A stretch of DNA of 64,000 nucleotides, from positions 1,674,001 to 1,738,000 of the forward strand of contig NC_042997.1 in NCBI RefSeq assembly GCF_006345805.1, given 5' to 3'. Of the stretch, positions 26,853-39,600 are shown one piece after another. The notes beneath the pieces were generated by a model. It worked only from the letters and a program-made list of their open reading frames with translations, was not told where the DNA came from and did not search any database. The DNA is from Octopus sinensis (taxonomy: Eukaryota). The translations under genes were made by a program, and so were the position numbers. Each line of letters begins with the position of its first letter. The first letter of the stretch is position 1.

Positions 26853-27299
26853 TATTTCGCCCTTTCGGTCACGCATATGAAATTGATAATTTATATCGGT
26901 GACCTGATTGTGGTAACTTCCGTCTAACAAAATATTAAATCACATCGTAAAGAGAGTGAATGCCGAATATTTTTTGTTTTGGTTTTTGTGAAAGGAATGA
27001 CTGTGATTATTTTTAAATAAAAACGAAATAATATTATAAATAAATTTCATGATTTTGTGTGAATTTGATTTGTATACTTCGCTGCTGTTAAACGCTATCT
27101 ACCCAAGTCACATATGTGTGTGTGTGTCTGTATGTGCATATTTATGCTAAATGAGTTCCTATTTTTACAAATAATACTCTTCTTAAAAACTAAGGATGTT
27201 TTAAAAAGTTAGTGCGATATGTATAAAATTGGGTTACTTAAAATATATAATAAATATATAAATACATAACATGTTTTATGTGCAGTGCGGGCTATCTAC

Positions 27300-28040
27300 T
27301 TGTTAATACAATAAAAAAAACCAATACAGTCGGCTACGATAGGGTAAATCTCTCGTTTAATCGTGTTTATGTTAGTGGCCGCCCTAGCAATTGGTATGTT
27401 AGTCAGTGATCTAACCTTAAAATGAATATATTATAGAGAATTATATATCCAGGTGTACAACTTAGATTGAAGTTAGATAATTCAGTTAATCGGGGTAATT
27501 TAATTTAATTTAATTGAGATGTGATATTAAATCATGCTCTGGAGGTAATCAGATGTTAGGTAGGTAAGCCAGAAACCTGTAATGTAGGTATTAGCCGTAT
27601 TTAGAGAATAATAATTCATCTTTAAGTAAATATGGTCTATAATTCTCGTTTCGTTTATTAAGTAATTCTGATTTTTACCATTCAAATGAAGAATTTCTCA
27701 TTTAGGCATAAATTATAGCGATTATTTTTTAAGGTTATATGAAGATGTTTTGGCTAGGATACGGCCATTCTAATCTATAACTAATGTTATTATCTTTAAG
27801 TTCCCAGATGCAACTACTTAATCAGGTAGAGTTAGCTTTACTTCTCTTTATGAGAGTTAGGTGATGGGAATTATAGCTAAGTTTCATTTCATTTTTACTT
27901 GCTCCTATATAGGTTTTCTTGTAATTATTGGAGAATACATCGCATTGGTAGATTCCATTTTTAGTTTTACATTATCATAGCTAATCGTTCCTATTATTAT
28001 TGTTATCATAGTTAATGTCGTTATTAATATTATTATTTCC
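27300..28040 (-). mobile_element. Penelope-like element 3' part: GIY-YIG endonuclease remnant and downstream non-coding region
   Basis: Minus strand from ~27970: CKTKNGIYQCDVFSNNYKKTYIGASK...ANST*LSSCIWELKDNNISYRLEW...NLCLNEKFFI...LLNKRNE. Not in the ORF track because of stops. Confidence 0.88.
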
Positions 28041-28201
28041 AATTAGCAAACTGAAACAGCTGTAAATATTCTTGAACTACAAGTAAACTATGACTTTTCA
28101 ACACCAGTGTTGAACTTCTAATTGTCAATTGTTGCTCCAGTTCTTTTTCTTATATGTCTCTTTCTCTCTCAATCTCTTTCTCTCTCTCTCTCTCTCCCTC
28201 T

Positions 28202-28239
<38 letters not shown>

Positions 28240-28281
28240 TATATATATATTAATATATATATATATATAATATATATATAT

Positions 28282-28443
28282 AGGCGTAGGAGTGTCTGTA
28301 TGGCAAGTAGCTTCCTTACCTGCCACATGGTTCCGGGTTTAGTAGCACTGCTTGGCGCCTTGGGCAAGAGACTTCTACTATAGCCTTGGGATGAGCATAG
28401 CATTGTGAGTGGATTTGATACCCGGAAACGGAAAGAAGCCCGT

Positions 28444-28513
<70 letters not shown>

Positions 28514-28548
28514 CATATACATACATATATATATATACATGCATATAC

Positions 28549-28580
<32 letters not shown>

Positions 28581-28802
28581 ATGTTTGTGTGTCTGTGTTT
28601 GTGTGTATATGTTTGTGTGTCTGTCCCACACCAGCATCGCTTGACAGCTGATGCCGGTGTGTTTACGTCCCCGCAACGTAGCAGTCCGGCTATAGAGACC
28701 GATAGAGTAAGTACTAGGCGTACAAAGAATAAGTCCTGGGATCAATTTGTTCGACTAAAAAAAGCGGTGCCCCAGCATGACAGCAGTCAAATGATTAAAG
28801 CA
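28282..28802 (+). mobile_element. Family A SINE with expanded internal (TA)n
   Basis: Matches 41376-41775 along head, CCTTGGGCAAG core and tail. Confidence 0.85.
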
Positions 28803-29112
28803 AATATTAGAATATATTTATACGAGGTCTTATGATTGCTCTGTAGCAAATGAATGTGGTAGCTTATATGTCAAACATGCAGAGTAAATGAGATTTTTTG
28901 AACGAAGTAAGTTTTATCTATTTAAATTGGATTAATATTTTGCTGCCTCGGAAGTCGACAACAGTGAATTCATAAAAAAGCTTGATGTCTGCTCCTCTTT
29001 CACAATTCCAAGCCGATATATTCATTATGGGAAATAAATAGTATTACCTTAAACATAAAATTACAGATGGCAAGAAAAAATTAAAAACATATTTCGATAT
29101 ATTTAATGAACA

Positions 29113-29281
29113 CGATGGCAGGTTGCATTTAGAATATTAAGACGAAGAACAAATATTGACAATATACCTCTTCACTATAACACTGAATGTATATCTAAAA
29201 ACATTTTCCTAAGTTTGAAATATTTTGTACAGTACGATTATTCATTTCACGGCTATGTTTGCTACCCTAGATGAATCTAAC
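29113..29281 (+). repeat. Direct duplicate of 22039-22192
   Basis: See 22039-22192. Confidence 0.95.
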
Positions 29282-29789
29282 AGAAGTTATTCGGAGAAAG
29301 GGAAAAGTAAGCCATTTTGTTTAATCTGCTGAGTTTACCAAACAGTAAGGAATTATTTTGTTATATATTAATGAATATAGTGTAGCTTCTTGTATCACGG
29401 CTTTATGTAAAATGCTGTTTATATGAAGCAACCTATTGCAATGGACAGTGTTTGGCACAAAACTTAAGTGAGATAATATGTGTTGCAGTATTCTTACTTA
29501 GAGATTCTTGTATCAGACATGAAAAGTAGCAACTATACAATAGCAGTTTCAGTAGAGAAACGAAGCGTCATTTCATTATTTTCACTTTAGTTATTCAGTA
29601 GAAGTATGTATACATTCACGATTTTGAGTAAACAACATCGGAATCGGAATTATTTGCTAGTGCCAAAGCACAGAATTTTAATAGCTGAATTGTTTGCTAA
29701 CGAAGCAATAAAAATTGTAGATTAAATACCTATAAACTATCATTTAATTTTTTACTCATAATGATTGGTTTTTAAATCTTACAATTCAA

Positions 29790-29951
29790 TATTACATTAT
29801 TTATATTTGACTGACATTTGTCCTCATATTGTTTGTTGTTAACACCACGTTTCGACTGGTATAAACACCAGCATTAATCATGTGTCTTGGGGAAATTTCG
29901 AACACGAATTCTCACTTCTAAGGTATTTTTCAATGATAATGATGATAGAAC

Positions 29952-29995
<44 letters not shown>

Positions 29996-30072
29996 TCACT
30001 GCCTGGAATCAAACTCGGAATCTTGGGGTTAGTAGCCCGCGCAGTTAACCACTACGCCATATACCCGTGGGC
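29790..30072 (-). mobile_element. tRNA-like head + (AAT)n + decayed hammerhead module
   Basis: Minus strand: TGGCGTAGTGG (A box), GGGCTACTAACCC (anticodon-arm-like), GAGTTTGATTCC (B box), (AAT)n, then GACACATGATTAATGCTGG..CCAGTCGAAACGTGGTGTT, homologous to the intact core at 38165-38210. Confidence 0.8.
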
Positions 30073-30094
30073 AATTGCAGAGTGAATTTTAGTG

Positions 30095-30600
30095 CTTATA
30101 AATCTTATATTTTCTTATCTTTAATACCGGTTCCTGTATGCTATTCATATCTGCACTTGGTCGGCTTAGGAGGTTGTTGTGTCCTAGCATATGTGCTGTT
30201 TCTTTTAGTTTTCGTATTTTCCAGAGATGTATTCTGTCTATTGTTTATCTTCATCCCACGGAGAGAGGTGGTATCCATGTCTGTTGTATCTTTTCGGAGA
30301 GGCTTTTCAGATAGAGTAGACAGGCTGTGGACAGCTTATTGGTTTCATCCTCTCTTTTCTTCATAATTGGAGTGTATAGTATGTGTTTGGGGTAGTTGTT
30401 GCTTAATAGATTGTTACTGAGCTTAATCATTTCTTCTTGGTGGGTATCACAATCGCTACTTATATTCTTTGTAAGAAATTTTGGGCACTGAGCAATTCCT
30501 CTCTTTACACTCTATGGATGATGGGAATTGAAGTTGAGGTATCGTCCAGTGGAGGTCGGCATGCGGTATACGACAAACAGTTGTGGGTTTTACTTTGACT
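30095..30600 (-). mobile_element. Internally deleted PLE ORF end (RT thumb joined to endonuclease C-terminus)
   Basis: Minus strand: TSTGRYLNFNSHHP*SVKRGIAQC, LLSNNYPKHIL, LLYLKSLSEKIQ, then WKIRKLKETAHMLGHNNLLSRP; these are PLE motifs. Confidence 0.82.
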
Positions 30601-31079
30601 TGATACGAGCCATATATTTTTGATTCACAGTTCGTTACCGCTCTGTATAGAACACAAGCACTAGTAAATATTCTAACTCTGCCCATGATTTCCTTATTTT
30701 AATAAATATGACTTTATTGGTCAATGCATCGTTTCATTCCTTGAGGTTATGCTTTGAATATGTGTGTGTTTAGCGGCCGCTAAAACACATATTCATTGGT
30801 TACATTATAAAAATAATTTTGATTAATCTAGCAACGTATCTTGCTCGACGGAATAACATTCAGTTTAATTTGTAATAGCCTGTTTTCTGTTATTTTGCTT
30901 CCCTATCATTTTAAATGTCTATGTCAATTGTTCGTTATACTCCCTATTGTAATTTAATTTGTCTTGAAAATTGTCTTTATGATACAACACGTGGTGTATT
31001 TTATTGTGGAAACATAATACCAAAATGAGGTTAGGCAACTACGATGAAATTTATTGTTATTAATATTATTAGTGCTTCA

Positions 31080-31475
31080 AAGTCGGTGAGGTGGTAGAGT
31101 CGTTAGCACACCGGACAAAAAAGCTTAGCGGCATTTCGACCGTCTTTTTTCAATAAAATATGTACCGCTTGTATACATGTGTCAATGTAATTAACTTAAT
31201 CACTCCTTCTATTCTGCTGGTCTTGTGCCAAAATTTGGAACCAATAAAGTTAGAGTGTCTAAAAGAGCAAGTTTTGCAGAATCGTTACCGCGCCGGGCAA
31301 CATACTTAGCCGCATTTCATCCGTCCGTTATGCGTTCAAATTCCGCCGCGGTCACTGTGTCTTTCATCCTTTTGGGCTCGAGGAAATAAATACCATCCAA
31401 ATACTGGCGTCGATATAATCGACTAATCTCCTCCCAACGAAATTCGTAGCCTTGTGTCAAAATTCAAAGCCAATG
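31080..31475 (+). mobile_element. Two adjacent old family B-related SINEs
   Basis: Diverged heads (GGTGAGGTGGTAGAGTCGTTAGC; GCAGAATCGTTACCGCGCCGGGC) and a TCTTTCATCCTTTTGGG core. Confidence 0.65.
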
Positions 31476-32759
31476 TTATTAGAGTTTGTATGTGTTGCAA
31501 TATTCATTTCCTACATATGGATTTTTCATTGTTATTGTACTTAATGTTCTTATAACTGTTGCGATTCCCACGTTATTCCCGGGCTTTCATTATATCAAAT
31601 TTTATATAAGGTATAGGTACTAAAAGGTAGTCTATCGAATTTAGTATTCATGTATCTCTGAGAGCACTTTGAATTTAAATAACCATATAATGTTTTACTG
31701 CGAGGCATAATGTATATACCAATAAACAACCCCAGCATAATCCTTACAAGAACATAAACTGAACACAAAACGTAGCCACAACATTGTTGTTATTTAGGAA
31801 ATATTGCGGATTTTAGTGTGTAAACACCAGCGTGAAATTTTAATACATAGGTGATGTGTTTCCAATATCTTTTCTTAGCGATTCAATATGTTTCTTACTG
31901 GCGTTGTTGAACAAGTCATGAAAATTCATAACGGTTAATTCAGTTGATATTGAAGACTTTGAATATAATATTGTTGATGTTTGCCAGTTGTTAAAGCTTG
32001 TCACTGGCACGGCCTCATAATTTAATTATAGGTCTCTAATATAATTCATTTTGTAATCGACGCAATAAAAGTAGCTAAAATGAAAGCAACAACATAATAC
32101 AACAGTCAATATTCTGAAGAGTGAAAGGACTAATAAAAAGTATACATAAAACAAGGCCAAAAGAATTTACTTAGCATAATAGGTGCGGTGATTAAATTTA
32201 ATAAAATTTTGATGGCGATAAAAATGTTATTTTTATTGAATTGCTGAATAAGCAGACTAATATACAAGTTATAAAAAGAACGGTAAAAAGTAAATGACGC
32301 CTTGAAATGAAACTATCGGTGTCAGCACACTGTCTTGGCTATAATTACCCTGATATTTTTGGCTTTCAGATATGATTCTTCTTGTGAGCCAACATTAGCC
32401 AAAATATATGCGGAGACCACTCATTATATGTTTGTGCATATGTGTGAGTGTATAGTGCGTGCGTGTGCGTGTATATACACAAATGCAGTCACACATACGT
32501 TCATAGAAAAATAGAGAGCGAAAGGCAGAGAAACCGAGAGCAAGAGAAAGGAGAGACGGTGAGCAAGAGATGCAATGTAATATATAGTTTGATATTCAAA
32601 TTGTCAAGTAATTAGATATCGGTCTATATGCACATATACATACATACAAACACACACACACACATATAAATATATATATATACATGTATATATAGAGACA
32701 CACACGCATGCACATGTCTATCTGTTTTTCTGTATGTATGTATGTTTGTATATATGCAT

Positions 32760-32760
32760 A

Positions 32761-32846
<86 letters not shown>

Positions 32847-32865
32847 CCTTTCTATCTATCTATCT
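32760..32865. repeat. (TCTA)n microsatellite
   Basis: Directly visible. Confidence 0.95.
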
Positions 32866-33413
32866 TTCTTTCTCTCTATCTACCCAATTCTGTTCATCTC
32901 TCTGTCTCTCTTGAGAGCCAATATTCTAAACAAGAATTATGTCACATTCTCGCAAAAGATTGCAAGTTCTGATGACGTGAACTGCATACATCACTTGCTG
33001 GTAGGAATAAAGTTACAAAAAAGTATAGAAAGAAATTCTTCCACTGTCAGGTCTATAGCAGATGCATGTTCATTTTACACGGGCAGCCTTTAACCTTTAG
33101 TATCAAAAAGATTTTTAAAACGATATATTTTCATGGCAATGTTTATAGCTGTATGTGATGTGACTCGTGTGTTAATATTTCAAAAGGGAATTATTCAAGC
33201 TCACTCGAAAATTTATGAATTCTTATGACGTCAACAGTATGTATGTATGCATGTATAAATGTATACATGTGTGTGTGGATATGTGTATGCGTGTGTGCGC
33301 GCCTGCATGTGTATGTACGTCTGTATGAACGCATGCTAAAAATAGAAAGCAGAGGAACGCACCCAATATATGTCTTAAAATACGTCTTCGAATCTGTGTT
33401 TTATAAGTATGGT

Positions 33414-33451
<38 letters not shown>

Positions 33452-33597
33452 TATATGCATATATATATATATATATAAATTGATAGATATATACACACAT
33501 ACATAATACATACTTACGTTCATACTTACGTACATACATACATGCATACATACATACATGCATGCATACATACATGCATGCATACATACATACATAC

Positions 33598-33639
<42 letters not shown>

Positions 33640-33679
33640 TATGTGTTATCTTTTACTACTTTCAAGCATTCGACCTTCG

Positions 33680-34035
33680 TGAGGCTAGATCATCACCTTC
33701 AATATTTCAATGAAATCGATCCCGGAATTAATTGTTTCAGAGTTTGATACTTATTCTATCGGTTTCTAGCTCCGAAATACTAACTTAAGGGGCTATAAGC
33801 AATCCAGCACTGGTTATCAATCGGTATATGAGGACAAACTGGAACACAAAAAAGGTCACGCATATACGCGCACTAGCATACACGTATATATAGGATGGGC
33901 ATTTTTGCTTCCTTTAATTTTCGTCTACCAAATCGACTCAAAAGTGTTTCAGCCGTCCGGTTCCATAGCGGAATGTACAGGCCTAAGATTCTGCATATAA
34001 AGCTTGAACAATATACCATACGGTTGGGAAGCTAA
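33680..34035 (-). mobile_element. Old diverged family A SINE
   Basis: ATACTTATTCTATCGGT, CGTCTACCAAATC and GGTTGGGAAGC blocks match family A on the minus strand. Confidence 0.6.
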
Positions 34036-35179
34036 AGTTTTACTTCGAAGTCAAATTTGCGCCACTATACATCAGTATATATTCAATTCATCAATATATA
34101 CATATATGAGAATGTTGCGTGCGTGTGTCTGAGTGTATGTGTGTGGTGTACACACACACGCACACACACACATATATATATATAGTGTATGTATGTGTGT
34201 GTACATGTATATATACATACATATACACACATCTGTATGTATATATATACATACATACATATGTATGTATATGTGTATGTGTACATAAATGTATATATAT
34301 ATATATATTTAAATATGTACTTATACCCATATATATATATATATATATATAATTTGTTATCTTACCCGTATTAAAGCGTCTATCGAATGTTACCAAACTA
34401 CGGTTTCTATCTAACCATCCCCCACCCACACATAACTCGATGAAGAGACATACATAAGCAAACATATACTATAACTATACACTTCTGCTTGACACACCCT
34501 TTTCAAAAACGTTGTTTACCTCTTCCTTTTATCTTTCCTTAACCATTAGCTACAGATTATTATTATTAGTATTATTATCCACCTATATCGATACTGTGCC
34601 ATATTATCCGAAACAAATTAACTGTCCGACCACAATTTATTTATAGACGCTACCATCCCCCAATGTACATCAATTTAAAGTCCTTTGAACTTCAAAAAAA
34701 ACTGAGATTCCAACTACTAGCACCATTTGAATGCAGGCACAAATGTTCTAAGCACAGAACCCATCACACAAAAGTCTATTTTCCACCTCACCTCTGTACA
34801 TTTTTTAGAGTGTTTCATGTATGAGTAACAAATGCTATTTATTCTAACTTACTATTTGAACAAACCTCCAAACAGACGAAAGTTGAAGACTCAGTTAACA
34901 TCGTTTACCATTGCGCGTGTATGCGTGCGTTTGTCTGCGTTTATGTCACTTGCATGTGCGTATGTCTGTGTGTGTGTGTTTGCAGGTATATGTGTTAGTG
35001 TGAGTACGCATGCATATATTTGTATGTATGCTTAATATACATGATATACATACATTATATATGATGTATGGGAAATTTAATTCAATAAGTGCATAAATAT
35101 ATGTTTTATTCCTTTCACTTGACGAGACATTTCTATCCCTTGCTATAGAAAGAACACAATCGAATGAGTGAATATACAT

Positions 35180-35220
<41 letters not shown>

Positions 35221-35435
35221 CACACACACATATGCATACACACACACATATATATATATACACATATATTTATACAGAGAGAGAGAGAGGGAGTGAGACA
35301 TATAGAAAAAGAATGGAGATAGGCACATACATGCTCACACACATACACATACATATACACACAGTCACACATACACACATATATATATATATGGATAGAT
35401 ATATATGTATATATATATATATATATAAATATACA

Positions 35436-35484
<49 letters not shown>

Positions 35485-35611
35485 GTGTGTTTGTATAGTA
35501 GAGGCATGTGCTTTAGCTACACTCATGATCGTAAACTTGTTTCAATTTCTGGACGGGTCGCTGCAAAATCTTCAGTTCACCTCTTTCCAATCTGCGCGGC
35601 TTCCAAAAGGC

Positions 35612-35958
35612 CTTAGTTAGTTAGTTAGTTAATTTTTTGGCGCAAAAAGCAAAAAGCAGCCATGTAGGGGGACATGGAGTTATGTACAGGGTGGTGTTCA
35701 TGTAAAGAGTTCAGGCCACTGGAGGTCAAGGGAGACTTTGAATTCAGCGGTCGTCGGCATCTTCACCATCTCGTCTGGCAGATTATTCCACGGATCCGCA
35801 ACCCGGACGGAGAAAGCCCCTCTCCTTCAATTGAGATGTAATCGTCGCAGATAGGGCTTTTCGGAATGACCCCACAGCCGACGCTCTAGAGCAGGAGTGA
35901 AGAACAGCTCTTTCGAGAGGTTACACTTTCTGCTTATGATGTAACGGAATATATTCAT
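35612..35958 (-). mobile_element. 5'-truncated CR1-clade LINE 3' end with (TAAC)n tail
   Basis: Minus strand: RRLWGHSEKPYLRRLHLN*RRGAFSVRVADPWNNLPDEMV....FKVSLD (CR1 C-terminal pattern RGH..KL...FS.RV..WN.LP...FK..LD); tail TTAGTTAGTTAG on plus. Confidence 0.87.
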
Positions 35959-36354
35959 CACACAATCCGCGTAAACGTCCTTTTGTTGTGTGATATATAC
36001 ACTGACCACGCGCCTATGTGGTCAGTGTATATACCTAACTGTTTTTGCATTTTCTGCGTTTGTGTTTGTCTTAAGGAGCACTTCACAATCTGGTCTCTTT
36101 TGTTCACGTTCCCGTAATATAACGGTTCTGGAAATACATACATGCACGCGCGCACTCACAGACACGTTTTTGTCGATTGGATGAAATAATAGTCGGATCG
36201 GGATGAAATGAAATACCTGCATCAACGTGCTATAAATCTGGTAGTAATTTTACCCCGTACTTATTCTTAATACAATATTTAAAGAGTGCAATTCGATTTT
36301 AATAATTATTTTTACAAAACTTTGATGAAATTGACAAAGGCATATTTTGCTTCA

Positions 36355-36625
36355 CTATACACGCCAGACATTTCTCCATCTGATTAACATTTATTCCACT
36401 GTCTTCAAAATCATTTGGACGGAAAAACATGAATTCTGTAGACGGGGTGAGAAACGCAGTGGAGGAGTATTTTTCGTCACGGACAAGTGAATTAGGAAGC
36501 GGGAGCCTTGCAAGCATACCAGATAGATGGAAGAGTATTGTAGTAAATGAGGGAGAATATATTTTAGATGAAAAGTGATCTTCGTTTCCCTTAATTTTGA
36601 AAATAAAAGTATTTATGGGGTGACC

Positions 36626-36630
<5 letters not shown>
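36355..36630 (+). mobile_element. Mariner 3' remnant with right TIR
   Basis: YTPDISPSD*HLFHCLQNHLDG ... PDRWKSIVVNEGEYI; end TTTATGGGGTGACCCAA resembles the TIRs of the other mariners here. Confidence 0.8.
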
Positions 36631-36682
<52 letters not shown>

Positions 36683-37104
36683 TGGATAGATAAATATATG
36701 CAAAATTGAATAAGAATGTACTGATTGGTGGTATTGACGGCGATATTATTGTAGGCTGATAATAATATTAACGGCATGAACAAATCAATGTGCATAGCAA
36801 CAGCTTTGTGAATATTTCGATAATAACAATGCAATGTTATCACAGGTTCGAATACGCTAAAAGCCAGTTCAGACTTGAAAACAAGGTAATCACTTAGTCT
36901 TGACATGGAGAAAATATCTCCCTGTAGAAATATGGTTTAAACGCATCCATACTAACACGCAGATCCACCTATCTTGACTCTGAGATGCAAGCATTTCTGA
37001 GTGGTTACCTCCTCTTCAGTCACAGAAATCGGATGGTGGCTCTACGAGATGATAAAAGAGACAATATGTCTTCCCGTCTACGGTTGGCTGTCAGGTTTGT
37101 AATG

Positions 37105-37352
37105 TTATGTTTCTCTATCACTTGTAAATTTATAATAATTTTCTCCTCCATATATTCGTTTCTATTTTTCTGATTGCCTCCCCTACTGCGGGCTAGTTTT
37201 TGAGTAAGGTAGATCTCTTGGATACACCGGCCGGTTTTGTCTGTGATCAATGTTTTCTCGTTAAGTTCTTTTTCGTTTTTTTTTCTACTTCTATGTACAC
37301 TTTTACTTATATGTTGTAATATTTTTCAGACAGCGTTGCCTATCATTTTTGC
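37105..37352 (+). repeat. Unclassified interspersed repeat; inverted near-identical copy at 43138-43381
   Basis: TTTCTCTATCACTTGTAAATTT...CAGACAGCGTTGCCTATCATTTT is the reverse complement of 43138-43381. Confidence 0.9.
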
Positions 37353-38064
37353 CTATCAGAAATGTATGCCTATTTATGCCTATCATAAATAAGTCGACTG
37401 GTAGCGCAAATCGACGGCTCACTCTAATTAAATTACCGGGTGAGAGCGCTAAGCAGTGATAATTAAAATGCAATGTTATTACAAATTCGAATATGTTAGA
37501 AGCACACAGTAATTAAATAATAACATATAGCAAAATGTCTTTAAACTTTTAGCTCTTTCTAATATTGTATATTTCTTAAGCCTGGGAGCACTCTCCTGTT
37601 ATATTACGTTTCATCAGACGTATTGACTAGTTAAGACTAGACCCAAATTTGATTCAAGGAGAGATGTGGTATATATTACACATAGTTAATTTCCCTCTAT
37701 AGTTTTGAATATGTAGCTGATTGCTAATTAAATGTACCTCCATAAACTTTTATTTAGTGAGTGGCTAAATTCTGAGAGATTTTCTGGGAAACAGAAAAAA
37801 AATTGACATAAGCATGCATACAATTTTGTTGTGGTTGAACATTCGGGAATTGCGCACCAAAGAAAAGAAGACAATGTTAATGATATAACTAGCATGGAAA
37901 TTCAATATAAGAAGTGAAGAAAGAGCAATGTAATATATTATTTCTAAATTTCGAAAAAAACGTTTTAGATGCAGGCCTTTATAAGAAATGAAATTACTGA
38001 AAAACTTCGGTTTTCAAAACTGTCACACTTAGAAACAAAAACAAGGTTTGAATTGTAGGGAGAA

Positions 38065-38257
38065 TTAAAAATACTACAGTTCTATATTTAAGAGATGAGG
38101 AATTATGTACATTATTTATCTTACTTACAACTGACAGATATTTGTCCTCGTCTTTTTTGTTGTTAACACAACGTTTCGGCTGATATGCCCTCCAGCCTTC
38201 ATCAGGTGTCTTGGAGAAATTTTGAACCTGGGTTCTCATTCCTAATGTACTTTTCGA

Positions 38258-38297
<40 letters not shown>

Positions 38298-38352
38298 GGT
38301 TAAAAATGCGGGCCACTAACCCCAAGATTCCGAGTTCGATTCCTGGCAGTGA

Positions 38353-38424
<72 letters not shown>

Positions 38425-38554
38425 AAACAATGATAATAACAACAACAATAACAGAAACAACAACAAAAATAGCAACAACAACAACAAAAACAACAACAAC
38501 AACGACAACGACAACAACGACAACAACAACAACAACAACAATAATAATAATAAC

Positions 38555-38595
<41 letters not shown>

Positions 38596-38748
38596 TAATA
38601 ATGATAACATCGAAAAATACCTTAGGAATGATAAATTTCCCTAAGACAGCTGATGAAGGCTGGAGGGTGTATCAAGCGAAAGGTTGTGTTAACAATAAAC
38701 TAGATGAGGGCAGATATCCGTCAATTGTAAATAATGTAAATAATGCAT
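38065..38748. mobile_element. Head-to-head pair of tRNA/(AAT)n/hammerhead modules
   Basis: Minus copy 38065-38295 ((AAT)n, HHR, tail) abuts plus copy 38296-38748 (5'-clipped tRNA-like head with GAGTTCGATTCC, (AAT/AAC)n, HHR-like CTGATGA...GAAA at 38650-38681). Confidence 0.85.
38165..38210 (-). ncRNA. Minimal type I hammerhead ribozyme, core boxes intact
   Basis: Minus strand GACAC-CTGATGA-A-GGCTG-gagggcatat-CAGCC-GAAAC-GTT-GTGTT: stem I GACAC/GUGUU, stem II GGCUG/CAGCC, loopless palindromic stem III (AACGUU) as in PLE-associated minimal HHRs; triplet GUU. Confidence 0.8.
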
Positions 38749-39247
38749 TAAAAAGACTGTTTTAAACACTTTGAGCAGTAAATATCAGTGATCTTGAGTT
38801 TTCCAATAGTAACGAAGCAATGACAATACAAATCACACGAATCAGTTCTGAAGACACGAGACAGAACTTGAAAAGATATAATGGAAGTATCGAAACCCTC
38901 ATAAGCACAAAAGGTTTTTGAGATGACAATCGTTTTGTTATATATTGTTGTGTGTTTGTCCATTTATTTATTCAAAAATATATATTTCGTGTTTATCATC
39001 GGTATAAATCTACCAAAATACGATTAGCTTTTAAATATATCGTGCATATATACACACACATACTCACACATAAATATACACCCACGTAAATATATCCTGC
39101 ATATATCCAAGCACACATACACGCGCATAGACGCCATTTTTCTTACAATCAAACACACACACACACACACGCTCACACACACACACACGCTCACACACAC
39201 CACACACGCTCACACACACACACACACACGCTCACACACACACACAG

Positions 39248-39495
39248 TATTCCGTCGGTTACGACGACGATGGCTCCACGGAACACCCTGCTCGTGCAAT
39301 TACATAGTTCTCATGGAGATTAAGCGTGATACAGGATATGACATGACTGACCTCTTCAAAATAGAACTACTCATTTTTGCCAGGTGAGTGAACTGGAGCA
39401 AAGTGAAATAAAATGTATTGCTCAAGGACATAATGCACCGTCAGGAATCGAGCACATAACCTCTCGATAGTGAGCTGAATGCCCCAAACAATTAA
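39248..39495 (-). mobile_element. tRNA-derived SINE (family C variant)
   Basis: Shares the GTCGGTTACGACGACGA end with 43803-44160; tRNA-like head at the right end on the minus strand. Confidence 0.65.
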
Positions 39496-39600
39496 GGCAT
39501 ACGTCATATGCATATACATATATACATACACACACACATACATATATATATATATGTATGCATATATGTATGTATGTATGGATGGATAGATGGATGTATA

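Noticed and set aside
27280-27305. Helitron-like 3' end (GCAGTGCGGGCTATCTACTTGT)
   Set aside because: No clear hairpin or CTRR terminus and no matching 5' end.
29992-30066. Possible tRNA gene
   Set aside because: Acceptor stem pairs poorly, there is no oligo-T terminator, and it recurs as part of a repeat; treated as a tRNA-derived head.
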